NCBI GenBank assembly: GCA_016869375.1
Contig: VGEH01000004.1
Span: 1,247 to 65,246, forward strand
DNA: 64,000 nt
From: Alphaproteobacteria bacterium
GTDB taxonomy: Bacteria > Pseudomonadota > Alphaproteobacteria > SHVZ01
Direction: 5' to 3'
The notes under the pieces were generated by a model. It did no database searches and had not been told where the DNA came from. It saw only the letters and a list, made by a program, of their open reading frames with translations. Below, one piece after another: positions 55,149-63,285 of the stretch; within the stretch, counting starts at the first letter, position 1; each line of letters begins with the position of its first letter. Position numbers and translations under genes: made by a program.

Positions 55149-57211
55149 GCCCGTCCGCGCTGCACATCGCGTGGTCGCCGATGCTGCCGATCTGGGCGCT
55201 CGCGATCCTCGGCGCCGTGACGCTGATCGTGGTCGGGCTCGGCTTCTTTGCCCGTGCGCGGGGCGCTTGGTGGCGCGCCGGAGCGGCGGCGGCGCTGCTC
55301 GCTGCGCTCGCCAACCCGACGCTGGTCGCCGAGCGGCGCGAGGCACGTCCCGACATCGCCATCCTCGCAATCGACGAGAGCCCAAGCCAGAAGATCGGCA
55401 CGCGCCTCGCAGATACGCGAAAAGCCGCCGAACAGCTCGCCGCCAAGCTTTCGGCGCTGCCGGGCACCGAGCTCCGCACCGTCACCATCGGCGGCAATGT
55501 GCTGTCCTCCGACGACGGCACGCGGCTTCAGAGCCAGCTCGACAAAGCGCTCGCCGATGTTCCGCGCCATCGCCTCGGCGGCATCGCCGTGGTTACCGAC
55601 GGCCAGGTCCACGACCTGCCGGCAGAGGCCAAGGATCTCTACGGGGCGCCGCTGCATGTCGTGGTAACCGGGCAGAAGGGCGAAGCCGATCGCCGTCTCG
55701 TGGTCGAGAAGGTCCCGACCTATGGCCTCGTCGGAAAGCCGGTCTCGGTGTCGATCCGCGTCGAGGATGCGGCGGTGGCGCCGGGAACGCCGGTGCAGCT
55801 CACGATCCGGCGCGATGGCGCTGCAGAGCAGCGTCAGACGGTGCCGGTCGGCCGCGTCGTCGAGATCCCCTTCACGCTCGAGCATGGCGGCCAGACGGTG
55901 GTCGAGATGTCGGTCGAGGCGGGGCCGAAGGAGCTGACCCTCGACAACAACCGTGCCGTCGCCGCGCTGAACGGTGTCCGCGACCGGCTGCGCGTGCTGC
56001 TGGTCTCGGGCGAGCCGCATGCCGGCGAACGCACCTGGCGCAGCCTGCTCAAGGCCGATCCCTTGGTCGATCTCGTCCACTTCACCATTCTCCGGCCACC
56101 TAAGAAGCAGGACGGCACGCCGATCCGCGAGCTGTCGCTGATCGCGTTCCCGATCCGCGAGCTGTTCGAGATCAGGCTCGACGAGTTCAACCTGATCATC
56201 TTCGACCGCTTCCGCCGCCAGGGCATCATCCCGCGCGCCTACATTGCCAACATCGCCGACTATGTCGAGAAGGGCGGGGCGCTGCTGGACGCGACGGGCG
56301 CGCCCTTCACCGGCTCGCTCAGCCTCTATAGTACGCCGATCGGGCGTGTGATGCCGGCCGAACCCACCGGCCGTGTGGTAGAGCAGGGCTTCAAGCCGAT
56401 GCTGAGCCAGGCCGGCCACCGTCATCCGGTCACTGCCGATCTTCCGGGCGGCGCCGGTGACGACCCGACCTGGGGGCGCTGGTTCCGCTACATCGATGCC
56501 GAAGCCAGGCGCGGCGACATCGTCATGCAGGGTCCGAATGCGCGGCCGCTGCTGGTCCTCGACCGCGTCGGCAAGGGCCGCGTTGCCCAGCTGATGAGCG
56601 ATCATATCTGGCTCTGGACCCGCGGCTTCGAGGGCGGCGGGCCGCAGGCCGAGCTGCTGCGCCGCCTCGCGCACTGGCTGATGAAGGAGCCCGAGCTCGA
56701 GGAGAACGTGCTGACCGCGCATCTCCGCGGCGACCGGCTCGAGATCAAGCGCCGCAGCGTGAAGCCGGACGACCGTCCGGTGACGGTCACGCTGCCGGAC
56801 GGCCAGACGGCAAGCGTGCCGATGAACGACAACGCCACGGGCGGCGCCACGGGCGAGCTTCCGGTCGACCAGGTCGGGCTCTACCGCCTGGCCGACGGCC
56901 AGCGCACGGCGATTGCTGCCGTCGGTCCGCTCAACCCGCTCGAATGGGCCGATGTGCGCGCGACCGATGCGAAGGTCTCGCCCTTCACCCAGGCCTCCGG
57001 CGGCTCGGTGCACTGGCTGCAGGACGGCAATCCTGAGCCGCGCAAGGTACGCCCCGGACGCCCGGCGACGGGCCGCGACTGGATCGGCTTCCGCACCAAT
57101 GGCGACTACGCCGTCACCGGCCTCGACGAGGTCGCGCTGATGCCGGCCCTGATGGTGCTGGCGATGGCGCTCGGCATGGCGATGATCGCCTGGCGACGCG
57201 AGGGCAAGTAG
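55145..57211 (+). CDS. Membrane protein of the MoxR/DUF58 operon (function unknown)
   Basis: 688 aa. ATGA overlap with the upstream gene. N-terminal TM helices and a C-terminal TM anchor (LMPALMVLAMALGMAMIAW). Confidence 0.65.
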   Translation: MSPSALHIAWSPMLPIWALAILGAVTLIVVGLGFFARARGAWWRAGAAAALLAALANPTLVAERREARPDIAILAIDESPSQKIGTRLADTRKAAEQLAAKLSALPGTELRTVTIGGNVLSSDDGTRLQSQLDKALADVPRHRLGGIAVVTDGQVHDLPAEAKDLYGAPLHVVVTGQKGEADRRLVVEKVPTYGLVGKPVSVSIRVEDAAVAPGTPVQLTIRRDGAAEQRQTVPVGRVVEIPFTLEHGGQTVVEMSVEAGPKELTLDNNRAVAALNGVRDRLRVLLVSGEPHAGERTWRSLLKADPLVDLVHFTILRPPKKQDGTPIRELSLIAFPIRELFEIRLDEFNLIIFDRFRRQGIIPRAYIANIADYVEKGGALLDATGAPFTGSLSLYSTPIGRVMPAEPTGRVVEQGFKPMLSQAGHRHPVTADLPGGAGDDPTWGRWFRYIDAEARRGDIVMQGPNARPLLVLDRVGKGRVAQLMSDHIWLWTRGFEGGGPQAELLRRLAHWLMKEPELEENVLTAHLRGDRLEIKRRSVKPDDRPVTVTLPDGQTASVPMNDNATGGATGELPVDQVGLYRLADGQRTAIAAVGPLNPLEWADVRATDAKVSPFTQASGGSVHWLQDGNPEPRKVRPGRPATGRDWIGFRTNGDYAVTGLDEVALMPALMVLAMALGMAMIAWRREGK

Positions 57212-57214
57212 CCG

Positions 57215-57754
57215 TCAGCGGTTCGCGACGGCGAAGGCCGGATACCAGATCGAGAAGGCGATCCCGGCGACGACCAGGACGATCGGCAGGATCGTCCGCA
57301 CCTGCTCTGGCGGCAGGAAGCGTTCGCGCGGAAACGTGTTGAGCGAGAGCGCGACGTAGATCACCCCCCATACCCAGGTGATCGTCGTGACGATGTGGAT
57401 GGTGAGCGGGTGCGTCCACAGCTCCGGTTTCACCCGCTCATGCGCCCATTGCTCGGCGAAGGGATGGCCGAGCGTGATCGAGACGAAGGCGTAGAGCGCG
57501 ACCCCGGCGGTCAGCATCAGCCCAGACCAGCGCTCGGCGGATTCGGCATGCGTCATGTGCCAGGCGAAGCTCGCCGCGATCAGCGCCGCGAGAACGAGGC
57601 TGAACTGCTTCGGGGTGCCGGTGCCGATCACCCATGGTGCCAGCGTCACCGCGGCGGTCCCCAGGCTCACCAACAGCGCTATTCGTCGCGGCAGCAGGCG
57701 CGTGGCGATCATCAGCACGATGATCGGCAGGAAGGCGATGAGCTCAGCGGTCAT
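57215..57754 (-). CDS. Hypothetical integral membrane protein
   Basis: 179 aa with about 5-6 TM helices. The ATG overlaps the LysR gene stop (ATGA). Confidence 0.6.
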   Translation of the reverse strand: MTAELIAFLPIIVLMIATRLLPRRIALLVSLGTAAVTLAPWVIGTGTPKQFSLVLAALIAASFAWHMTHAESAERWSGLMLTAGVALYAFVSITLGHPFAEQWAHERVKPELWTHPLTIHIVTTITWVWGVIYVALSLNTFPRERFLPPEQVRTILPIVLVVAGIAFSIWYPAFAVANR

Positions 57755-58671
57755 GCGGCCCGCTCCCAGGGCGGCACCACGCCGAAGCTCTCCACCAGGA
57801 AACCGATGAAGGCCGCGACCTTGGGCGGCAGATGGCGCTTGTGCGGATAGACGACGTGCAGCGGCGTCTCGTCCGCGACTTCGAAATCCTGCAGCAGAGG
57901 CACGAGCCGGCCGGTACGGATGCCGGCGGCCGCAACGAAGCGCGAGAGCCGGGCGATGCCGAGCCCGGCTTCGGCGAGCCGGAACACGGTGTCGCCGTCG
58001 CCGGCGACGATCGGCCCGAACACCGGCATCATGATGCGTCCGTTCGGCGTGTCGAACGGCCAGTCGTTGAGATGGACGAGGCCGGGCTCGCGGAAGGCGA
58101 GGCAGTCATGACGCGCGAGATCGGCCGGTGTCTTCGGCAGGCCCTTCCTCTCCAGATACTCCGGCGCGGCGCAGATCACGCGCGTGGTCCACGCGACCTT
58201 GCGCGCCGTCAGCGATGAATCGCCGAGCGTGCCGAGACGGATCGCGACATCGATGCCCTCGGCGGCGAGGTCGACGCGTCGATCGGTGAAGTCGAGATCG
58301 ATCTTGAGCGACGGGTGGCGGCGGGTGAATTCCGGCAGCAGCTTGAGCAGCTGATGCGGGCCGAAGGCCGTGAAGGTGCTGACCTTCAGCGTGCCCGAGA
58401 TGAATCCGGGCTGCCCACGTGCCTCGGCTTCGGCCTCCTCGAGATCGCTGAAGAGTTGGAGGACTCGCTGATGGAAGCGTGTGCCTTCCTCGGTGAGCGA
58501 GACACTGCGCGTCGTGCGGTAGAGGAGGCGCGCGCCCAGCCGGTCTTCGAGGCGCTGCAGGCTGCGGCTGACCGCGGAAGGGGTCAGCCCGAGCGCATAG
58601 GCGGCGCGCGTCAGGCTGCCGAGCTCGGCAGCCCGGGCAAAAGTTTGCAGATCTCCCAAGTTGTTATTCAT
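57751..58671 (-). CDS. LysR family transcriptional regulator
   Basis: N-terminal wHTH LQTFARAAELGSLTRAAYALGLTPSAVSRSLQRLEDRLGARLL plus a LysR substrate-binding domain. Confidence 0.9.
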   Translation of the reverse strand: MNNNLGDLQTFARAAELGSLTRAAYALGLTPSAVSRSLQRLEDRLGARLLYRTTRSVSLTEEGTRFHQRVLQLFSDLEEAEAEARGQPGFISGTLKVSTFTAFGPHQLLKLLPEFTRRHPSLKIDLDFTDRRVDLAAEGIDVAIRLGTLGDSSLTARKVAWTTRVICAAPEYLERKGLPKTPADLARHDCLAFREPGLVHLNDWPFDTPNGRIMMPVFGPIVAGDGDTVFRLAEAGLGIARLSRFVAAAGIRTGRLVPLLQDFEVADETPLHVVYPHKRHLPPKVAAFIGFLVESFGVVPPWERAA

Positions 58672-58676
58672 GAATC

Positions 58677-58699
58677 TTAATCATAAATGATATGATTAA
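58677..58699. promoter_or_regulatory. Candidate LysR-type operator (inverted repeat) in an AT-rich divergent promoter region
   Basis: TTAATCAT-N7-ATGATTAA perfect 8-bp inverted repeat, 6 nt from the LysR start codon. It lies in the only markedly AT-rich stretch of the window (58660-58735). Confidence 0.55.
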
Positions 58700-58764
58700 T
58701 GCGTCAATTGATGTATCTTAGGAACAGATAATGTGGAGGGGCATCCCCAGCCCGGAGACCCTCC

Positions 58765-58968
58765 ATGACCGCAGACAGGCCGTTTCGGACGATCGATTGG
58801 GATCGGATGCCGGATTACGTCGAGCATGCCCACAGGTTGCGCAGCGTCGAGGCACGCCGGCTCATCCGCCAGGCCTTGTCGGGCCTGGCGGGGCTGGTCC
58901 GGCGCCTGATCGCGCCGGGCGGGGGACGACGGCCGCTCTCTAGCGGGCCGGCGCCTTCATCTCCTTGA
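58765..58968 (+). CDS. Small hypothetical protein
   Basis: 67 aa. GGAG lies 9 nt upstream of the ATG, GC3 is moderate, and the gene is divergent from LysR. The 3' end overlaps the hisS 3' end by 29 nt. Confidence 0.4.
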   Translation: MTADRPFRTIDWDRMPDYVEHAHRLRSVEARRLIRQALSGLAGLVRRLIAPGGGRRPLSSGPAPSSP

Positions 58969-60214
58969 GGATCGGCTTCCCTTCGCCGTCGAGCACGGCG
59001 TAGTGGGTGAAGCCCCCAGCCTGCAGGCCTTCGAGCTGGCGGCCCAGCTTCTTCTCCAGCGGGAACAGCGACGGCGCCAACCCCTCGGAGCGGAGCGTCT
59101 TCGCCATGCCGAGGGCGCGGCCGAGGCTGGTGCCGTCCGGCACCAGGAGCGCCGTCAGCTTGGCCTCGGTCGGCGGCACGAACTGCTTGTCCATCAGGAT
59201 CGTGACGACGCGCTCAAAGCCGATCGAGAAGCCACAGGCCGGCGCGTTCTCGCCCGAGAGCTTGCCGACCATCTTGTCGTAGCGCCCGCCGCCGGCGATC
59301 GAGAAGTCGTAGCCCGGCTGCGCGATCTCGAAGACCGGGCCGGTGTAGTAGCCCATGCCGCGCACTAGAGTCGGATCGAAGGCGATCTTGTAGCGGCTGC
59401 CGGCATCCGCTCCGACCGCATCGACGATCTCGCGCACGAGCGAAGGCACCTTGGCATCGAGGCTGGCACCGAGGCGCTTGGCGAAGTCCTCGACCGAGAT
59501 GCCGTCGACATCAGCCAGCATGGAGGCCAGCTTCTCGACCTGCGCGTCCGAGAAGCCCTGCTGCGCGAGCTCCTTCTTCACGCCGTCGACGCCGATCTTG
59601 TCGAGCTTGTCGAGGGTGATGAAGACCGAGCCGTGCCGCGCTTCCTCGACGCCGGCCGCGGCTGCGATAGCGGTCAGGATGCGGCGGTCGTTGAGCCGGA
59701 TGGTGAAGCCCTCGAAGCCGACGGCGATCAGCGCTTCCGCCGAACCGACCAGAAGCTCGGCTTCGGCGAGGCCCTCCTCGAGCCCGATGATGTCGATGTC
59801 GCACTGCGTGAACTGGCGGAAGCGGCCCTTCTGCGGGCGCTCGGCGCGCCAGACCGAGCCGACCTGGATCGCCTTGAACACGCGCGGCAGCTGCGCGCGG
59901 TTGGAGGTGAAGAAGCGGACCAGCGGCACGGTCAGATCGAAGCGAAGCCCGAGGTCGACGAGATCGTCCTCGGTCATGCCGGGCTTGGCGAGGTCGAGCT
60001 TCTCGCCGCGCTTCATCACCTTGAAGACGAGCTTGGCGTTCTCGCCGCCGTCGTCGCCGGTCAGGAGCTGGATGTTCTCGAGCGCCGGCGTCTCGATGCG
60101 CGTGTAGCCGAAGCGGCGGTACGTCGCGAGGATCTTCGACTGCATCCAGTCGCGGATCGCGGCCTCGTTGGGCAGAATGTCCCGCATGCCGCGGGCAGGC
60201 TGTGGCTTGGACAC
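58940..60214 (-). CDS. hisS: Histidine--tRNA ligase (class IIa, with anticodon-binding domain)
   Basis: RGMRDILP, LRFDLTVPLVRF, WRAERPQKGRFRQFTQCDID and GGGRYDKMV motifs, plus a C-terminal anticodon-binding-like domain. GTG start. Confidence 0.85.
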   Translation of the reverse strand: MSKPQPARGMRDILPNEAAIRDWMQSKILATYRRFGYTRIETPALENIQLLTGDDGGENAKLVFKVMKRGEKLDLAKPGMTEDDLVDLGLRFDLTVPLVRFFTSNRAQLPRVFKAIQVGSVWRAERPQKGRFRQFTQCDIDIIGLEEGLAEAELLVGSAEALIAVGFEGFTIRLNDRRILTAIAAAAGVEEARHGSVFITLDKLDKIGVDGVKKELAQQGFSDAQVEKLASMLADVDGISVEDFAKRLGASLDAKVPSLVREIVDAVGADAGSRYKIAFDPTLVRGMGYYTGPVFEIAQPGYDFSIAGGGRYDKMVGKLSGENAPACGFSIGFERVVTILMDKQFVPPTEAKLTALLVPDGTSLGRALGMAKTLRSEGLAPSLFPLEKKLGRQLEGLQAGGFTHYAVLDGEGKPILKEMKAPAR

Positions 60215-60277
60215 GGATTGTCTCTCAACGAAAAGGAAATGGGACGGGCGAACGACGAGGCGGCCGGCGGCCTTGAG

Positions 60278-60988
60278 TCAGGCGGCCGACCGCTGCCCGT
60301 GTCGCTCGATCAGATCGGTCCAGCGATCGCCGATGGTGCGGCCGAGATGCTCGGCAGCGGCGAGATGATCCTTCATCTCGGATTCCAGGCGTTCCGTCAG
60401 CGCTTCGTCCGCCTTCGCGCTCTTGGCCCAGGTTCGAACCATGTCGCGATCCACCTCGGGGTGGAACTGAACGGCATAGGTCGAGTGGCCGATGCGATAG
60501 GCTTGGTTCAGCGCCATCTCGTTGGTGGCGAGGCGCACCGCTTCGTCCGGCAGGTCGAAGGTATCCTCGTGCCACTGCATCGGGCGGATCTCGGAGCCGA
60601 GGCCCTTGAACATCGGATCGGCTTGGCCGGCATCGGTCAGCTGTACGGGGCAGAAGCCGATCTCGTCCGCCTTGTTGCGGTAGACCGGTTTGCCGAAGCT
60701 CCGCGCGATGATCTGAGAGCCCAGGCAGATGCCCAGGATCGGTCGGCCGGCATCATGGAAGCGGCGGACCATGCGGTGGAGCCGCGGATAGTACGGATAG
60801 CCCTCATCGTCGGCGGCGCACATCGGGCCGCCCATGAGGATCAGGCCGTCAAAACCCTCAGGCCCGTCCGGGAAGGCGTCGCCCGCCGGCGGCAGCACCG
60901 GAACCAGCGTCGCGCCACGGGCAGCGACCTGCTCGCCGACCACGCCGGCCGGGTCATCCTTGTCGTGCTGGATCACCAGGATTCGCAT
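60278..60988 (-). CDS. Class I glutamine amidotransferase-like protein
   Basis: 236 aa. ILGICLGSQ nucleophile elbow and the VQFHPE His-Glu pair. Confidence 0.8.
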   Translation of the reverse strand: MRILVIQHDKDDPAGVVGEQVAARGATLVPVLPPAGDAFPDGPEGFDGLILMGGPMCAADDEGYPYYPRLHRMVRRFHDAGRPILGICLGSQIIARSFGKPVYRNKADEIGFCPVQLTDAGQADPMFKGLGSEIRPMQWHEDTFDLPDEAVRLATNEMALNQAYRIGHSTYAVQFHPEVDRDMVRTWAKSAKADEALTERLESEMKDHLAAAEHLGRTIGDRWTDLIERHGQRSAA

Positions 60989-60999
60989 CGGGGCGGACC

Positions 61000-61920
61000 C
61001 TAGACGGCGAGCCGGGCGGCGTCCAGCCGCACGTGCTCCAGCTTTATGTGGTCGGCGCTCCACGGGCCGGGCCAGGCTTCGGCGCCGGCGCGCCTGAGCT
61101 TCCGGCAGGCGCCGACCGGCACGTCGCGCGCGATCAGGAGCGGGCCGTCGCCCTCGGTTTCCGCCATCATCGGAATCTCGGCATGAATGCCGTTGTGGCC
61201 GAGGCCTGGCTCGCAGGGGAGATAGACGGCGGCGCCGGAGGTCGACGGCTCGGCCACGCTCCGCAGCACTTGGCTGCCGACGACGCCGACCGCCGCGACC
61301 GGGCAGAGAAGCTCGACGGCCCGTGCCTTGGCGCAGTCGAAGACGCGGCGGTAGCCGGATTCCAGCTCGGTCATCGACGGCACCAGCACGAGGTCGAGAT
61401 CGAGTCCCTGTAGGCGCGTCACGAGCGACGGCTGCTCGATGTCGAGGCAGATCGCGACGGCGATGCGAAGCCCACGCCAGTCGAAGGTCGAGAAGATGCG
61501 ACCAGGCTGCACCAGCCACGCCTCGGGACGCTTCTCGAACGGCGTCAGGCAGAGCTTGTCCTGATGGGCGCGGGTGCCGTCCGGGAGCATCAGATAGGCG
61601 CGGTTGACCCAGCCGCCGGCAACCGCTTCGGGCATGCTGCCGGCAAGCAGCGTAAGCCGCCTCTTGGCGAGGGCACGGGCGAGGGCAGGGAGCGCCTGTT
61701 TCGCCTGCTCGGCCATCCAGGCGACTTCGCGGTTACGGGTCAGGTCGGCCGGCATGAAGGAGAGCCAGTGGGACGCCATCCACTCCGGCAGCATCAGCAG
61801 GTCGGCGCCGACGGCCTCGGCCTCGTCGAGCTTGGCCTCGGCGACGGCCAGCCACTCGCCGAGCGAGCCGAGCGGCCGCGAGAGATTGGCCGCCCAGAGG
61901 GCGAGCGTGACGGTGTCCAT
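61000..61920 (-). CDS. Carbon-nitrogen hydrolase (nitrilase superfamily) protein
   Basis: 306 aa with candidate Glu-Lys-Cys triad contexts (LLMLPEW, HQDKLCL, IAVAICLDIE). Confidence 0.7.
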   Translation of the reverse strand: MDTVTLALWAANLSRPLGSLGEWLAVAEAKLDEAEAVGADLLMLPEWMASHWLSFMPADLTRNREVAWMAEQAKQALPALARALAKRRLTLLAGSMPEAVAGGWVNRAYLMLPDGTRAHQDKLCLTPFEKRPEAWLVQPGRIFSTFDWRGLRIAVAICLDIEQPSLVTRLQGLDLDLVLVPSMTELESGYRRVFDCAKARAVELLCPVAAVGVVGSQVLRSVAEPSTSGAAVYLPCEPGLGHNGIHAEIPMMAETEGDGPLLIARDVPVGACRKLRRAGAEAWPGPWSADHIKLEHVRLDAARLAV

Positions 61921-62016
61921 GCCGTCTCCTAGGGGGAACCGCGAGCTTCTTGCAAGAGCAACATGGGGAGGCCTGGGCTGTTATGCTTGTCGGATCAACG
62001 ATTCCGGAGGCGAAAA

Positions 62017-62499
62017 ATGAAACAGAATGCCGAGGTCATCACCTGCCTCAACGGGCTCCTCAAGAACGAGCTGACCGCGATCAATCAGTACTTCCTCCAT
62101 GCGCGCATGCTGAAGAACTGGGGCTTCGTGAAGCTAGGCAGGAAGATCTACGAGGAATCGATCGGCGAGATGAAGCACGCCGACAAGCTGATCGAGCGCA
62201 TCCTGTTCCTGGAGGGCCTGCCCAACCTGCAGGATCTCGGCAAGCTGCTGATCGGCGAGGCGACGCCGGAGTGTCTCGCCTTCGACCTCAAGCTGGAGAC
62301 CGCTGCCCGCCTCGACGTGGTCAAGGCCATCACCCTCTTCGAGACGCAGCGCGACTATGTCAGCCGCGCGCTCGCCGCCGACATCCTCAAGGATGCGGAA
62401 GAGCACATAGACTTCCTCGAGACCGAGATCGGGCTGATCGAAAAGGTCGGCCTGCAGAATTATCTGCAGAGCCAGATGAGTCCGGGCGAGGGGCCTTAA
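62017..62499 (+). CDS. bfr: Bacterioferritin
   Basis: 160 aa, [31 protein letters not shown]...[11 protein letters not shown] (ferroxidase and heme Met context). Confidence 0.9.
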   Translation: MKQNAEVITCLNGLLKNELTAINQYFLHARMLKNWGFVKLGRKIYEESIGEMKHADKLIERILFLEGLPNLQDLGKLLIGEATPECLAFDLKLETAARLDVVKAITLFETQRDYVSRALAADILKDAEEHIDFLETEIGLIEKVGLQNYLQSQMSPGEGP

Positions 62500-62512
62500 G
62501 GACCGACCGGCG

Positions 62513-62713
62513 TCAGTCGGCGGCGGCCGTCATCTCGGCGGGCGCCGTCACGGCCAAGGCCTCGTCCAGGCTGCCCTTTATGTGACCGATGCAGGACCCG
62601 CAATTGGGCTTGCAGCCCTTCGCCTTGAAGACCTCGGCGACGGTGCAGGCGCCGGCGCGCGCGAAGGCCGCGACGTCACGGTCGGAAATCGCCCGGCAAA
62701 GACAGAGATACAC
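62513..62713 (-). CDS. bfd: Bacterioferritin-associated ferredoxin (BFD-like [2Fe-2S] protein)
   Basis: 66 aa with the CLC...CGSC cysteine pattern. Convergent with bfr. Confidence 0.85.
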   Translation of the reverse strand: MYLCLCRAISDRDVAAFARAGACTVAEVFKAKGCKPNCGSCIGHIKGSLDEALAVTAPAEMTAAAD

Positions 62714-62818
62714 GACTCTCGCTCCTGCAAGTCAGTCGCATTGACAGTAGGAGGCCGACCCGCCATTCTCAAGTAAGAAGTTGCAAATGGTTCGCACTTG
62801 CGCGCGAGGGAGGCGGCA

Positions 62819-62953
62819 ATGCTCCTCTGGCGGAACCTGGACCCGAAAACGCTGCTGGCGGTGCTGGCCTCGGTGCGGCGCGAGCCGCCGAAGGTCCTGG
62901 CCGGGGCGGCGCCCAAGACCGGGCCTGTTGCGGCGGGGAAGCCTGTCGCCTAA
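62819..62953 (+). CDS. Possible small protein (44 aa), unannotated in the ORF track
   Basis: Strong GGGAGG Shine-Dalgarno 6 nt upstream of the ATG. High GC3. The stop lies 9 nt before the next ORF. Confidence 0.35.
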   Translation: MLLWRNLDPKTLLAVLASVRREPPKVLAGAAPKTGPVAAGKPVA

Positions 62954-62962
62954 ATAGATTCA

Positions 62963-63235
62963 ATGGCCGTCAACCCGACCCCGCCCCGCGAACCCCGCAT
63001 CGGCTCCCAGCCGCAGCGGAAGCTGCTGCCGCCTCCGGTCGACCGCTCCGAGGCTGGCCGGGCGCCAAAGGCGGAGGAGACCGGACAGAAGCGCCAGGGG
63101 CTCATCTCCCGGCTCAAGACCGCGGTCACCGACGACGAGATTGATGGCCAGATCATGCGGATGTTCAAGCTGTTGGCCCAGGGGCTGATCAACCTCGCGG
63201 CGCCTCGCGGCAGCTATCTCAATATCCTGACCTGA
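62963..63235 (+). CDS. Hypothetical protein
   Basis: 90 aa with high GC3. The N-terminal half is Pro/charged-rich and the C-terminal end reads GQIMRMFKLLAQGLINLAAPRGSYLNILT. I recognise no family. Confidence 0.5.
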   Translation: MAVNPTPPREPRIGSQPQRKLLPPPVDRSEAGRAPKAEETGQKRQGLISRLKTAVTDDEIDGQIMRMFKLLAQGLINLAAPRGSYLNILT

Positions 63236-63285
63236 CCGCGACCGGTTCGGCCGCAGCTTCGGCCGGCGGCCGGGGTTTCTCCTGT

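Noticed and set aside
55106-57013. 635-aa minus-strand ORF opposite the 688-aa membrane protein gene. Similar cases are 14548-16200 opposite ctaD and 35151-36842 opposite the DUF4862-like and AraC genes.
   Set aside because: They have the same antisense-shadow composition, no motifs, and conflict with well-supported genes.
58731-58943. 70-aa alternative-frame ORF overlapping the 67-aa small ORF
   Set aside because: The Gly/Pro/Arg/Ala-rich translation looks like a frame artefact. The 58765 frame has a GGAG Shine-Dalgarno and a more protein-like sequence, though it is itself only moderately supported.
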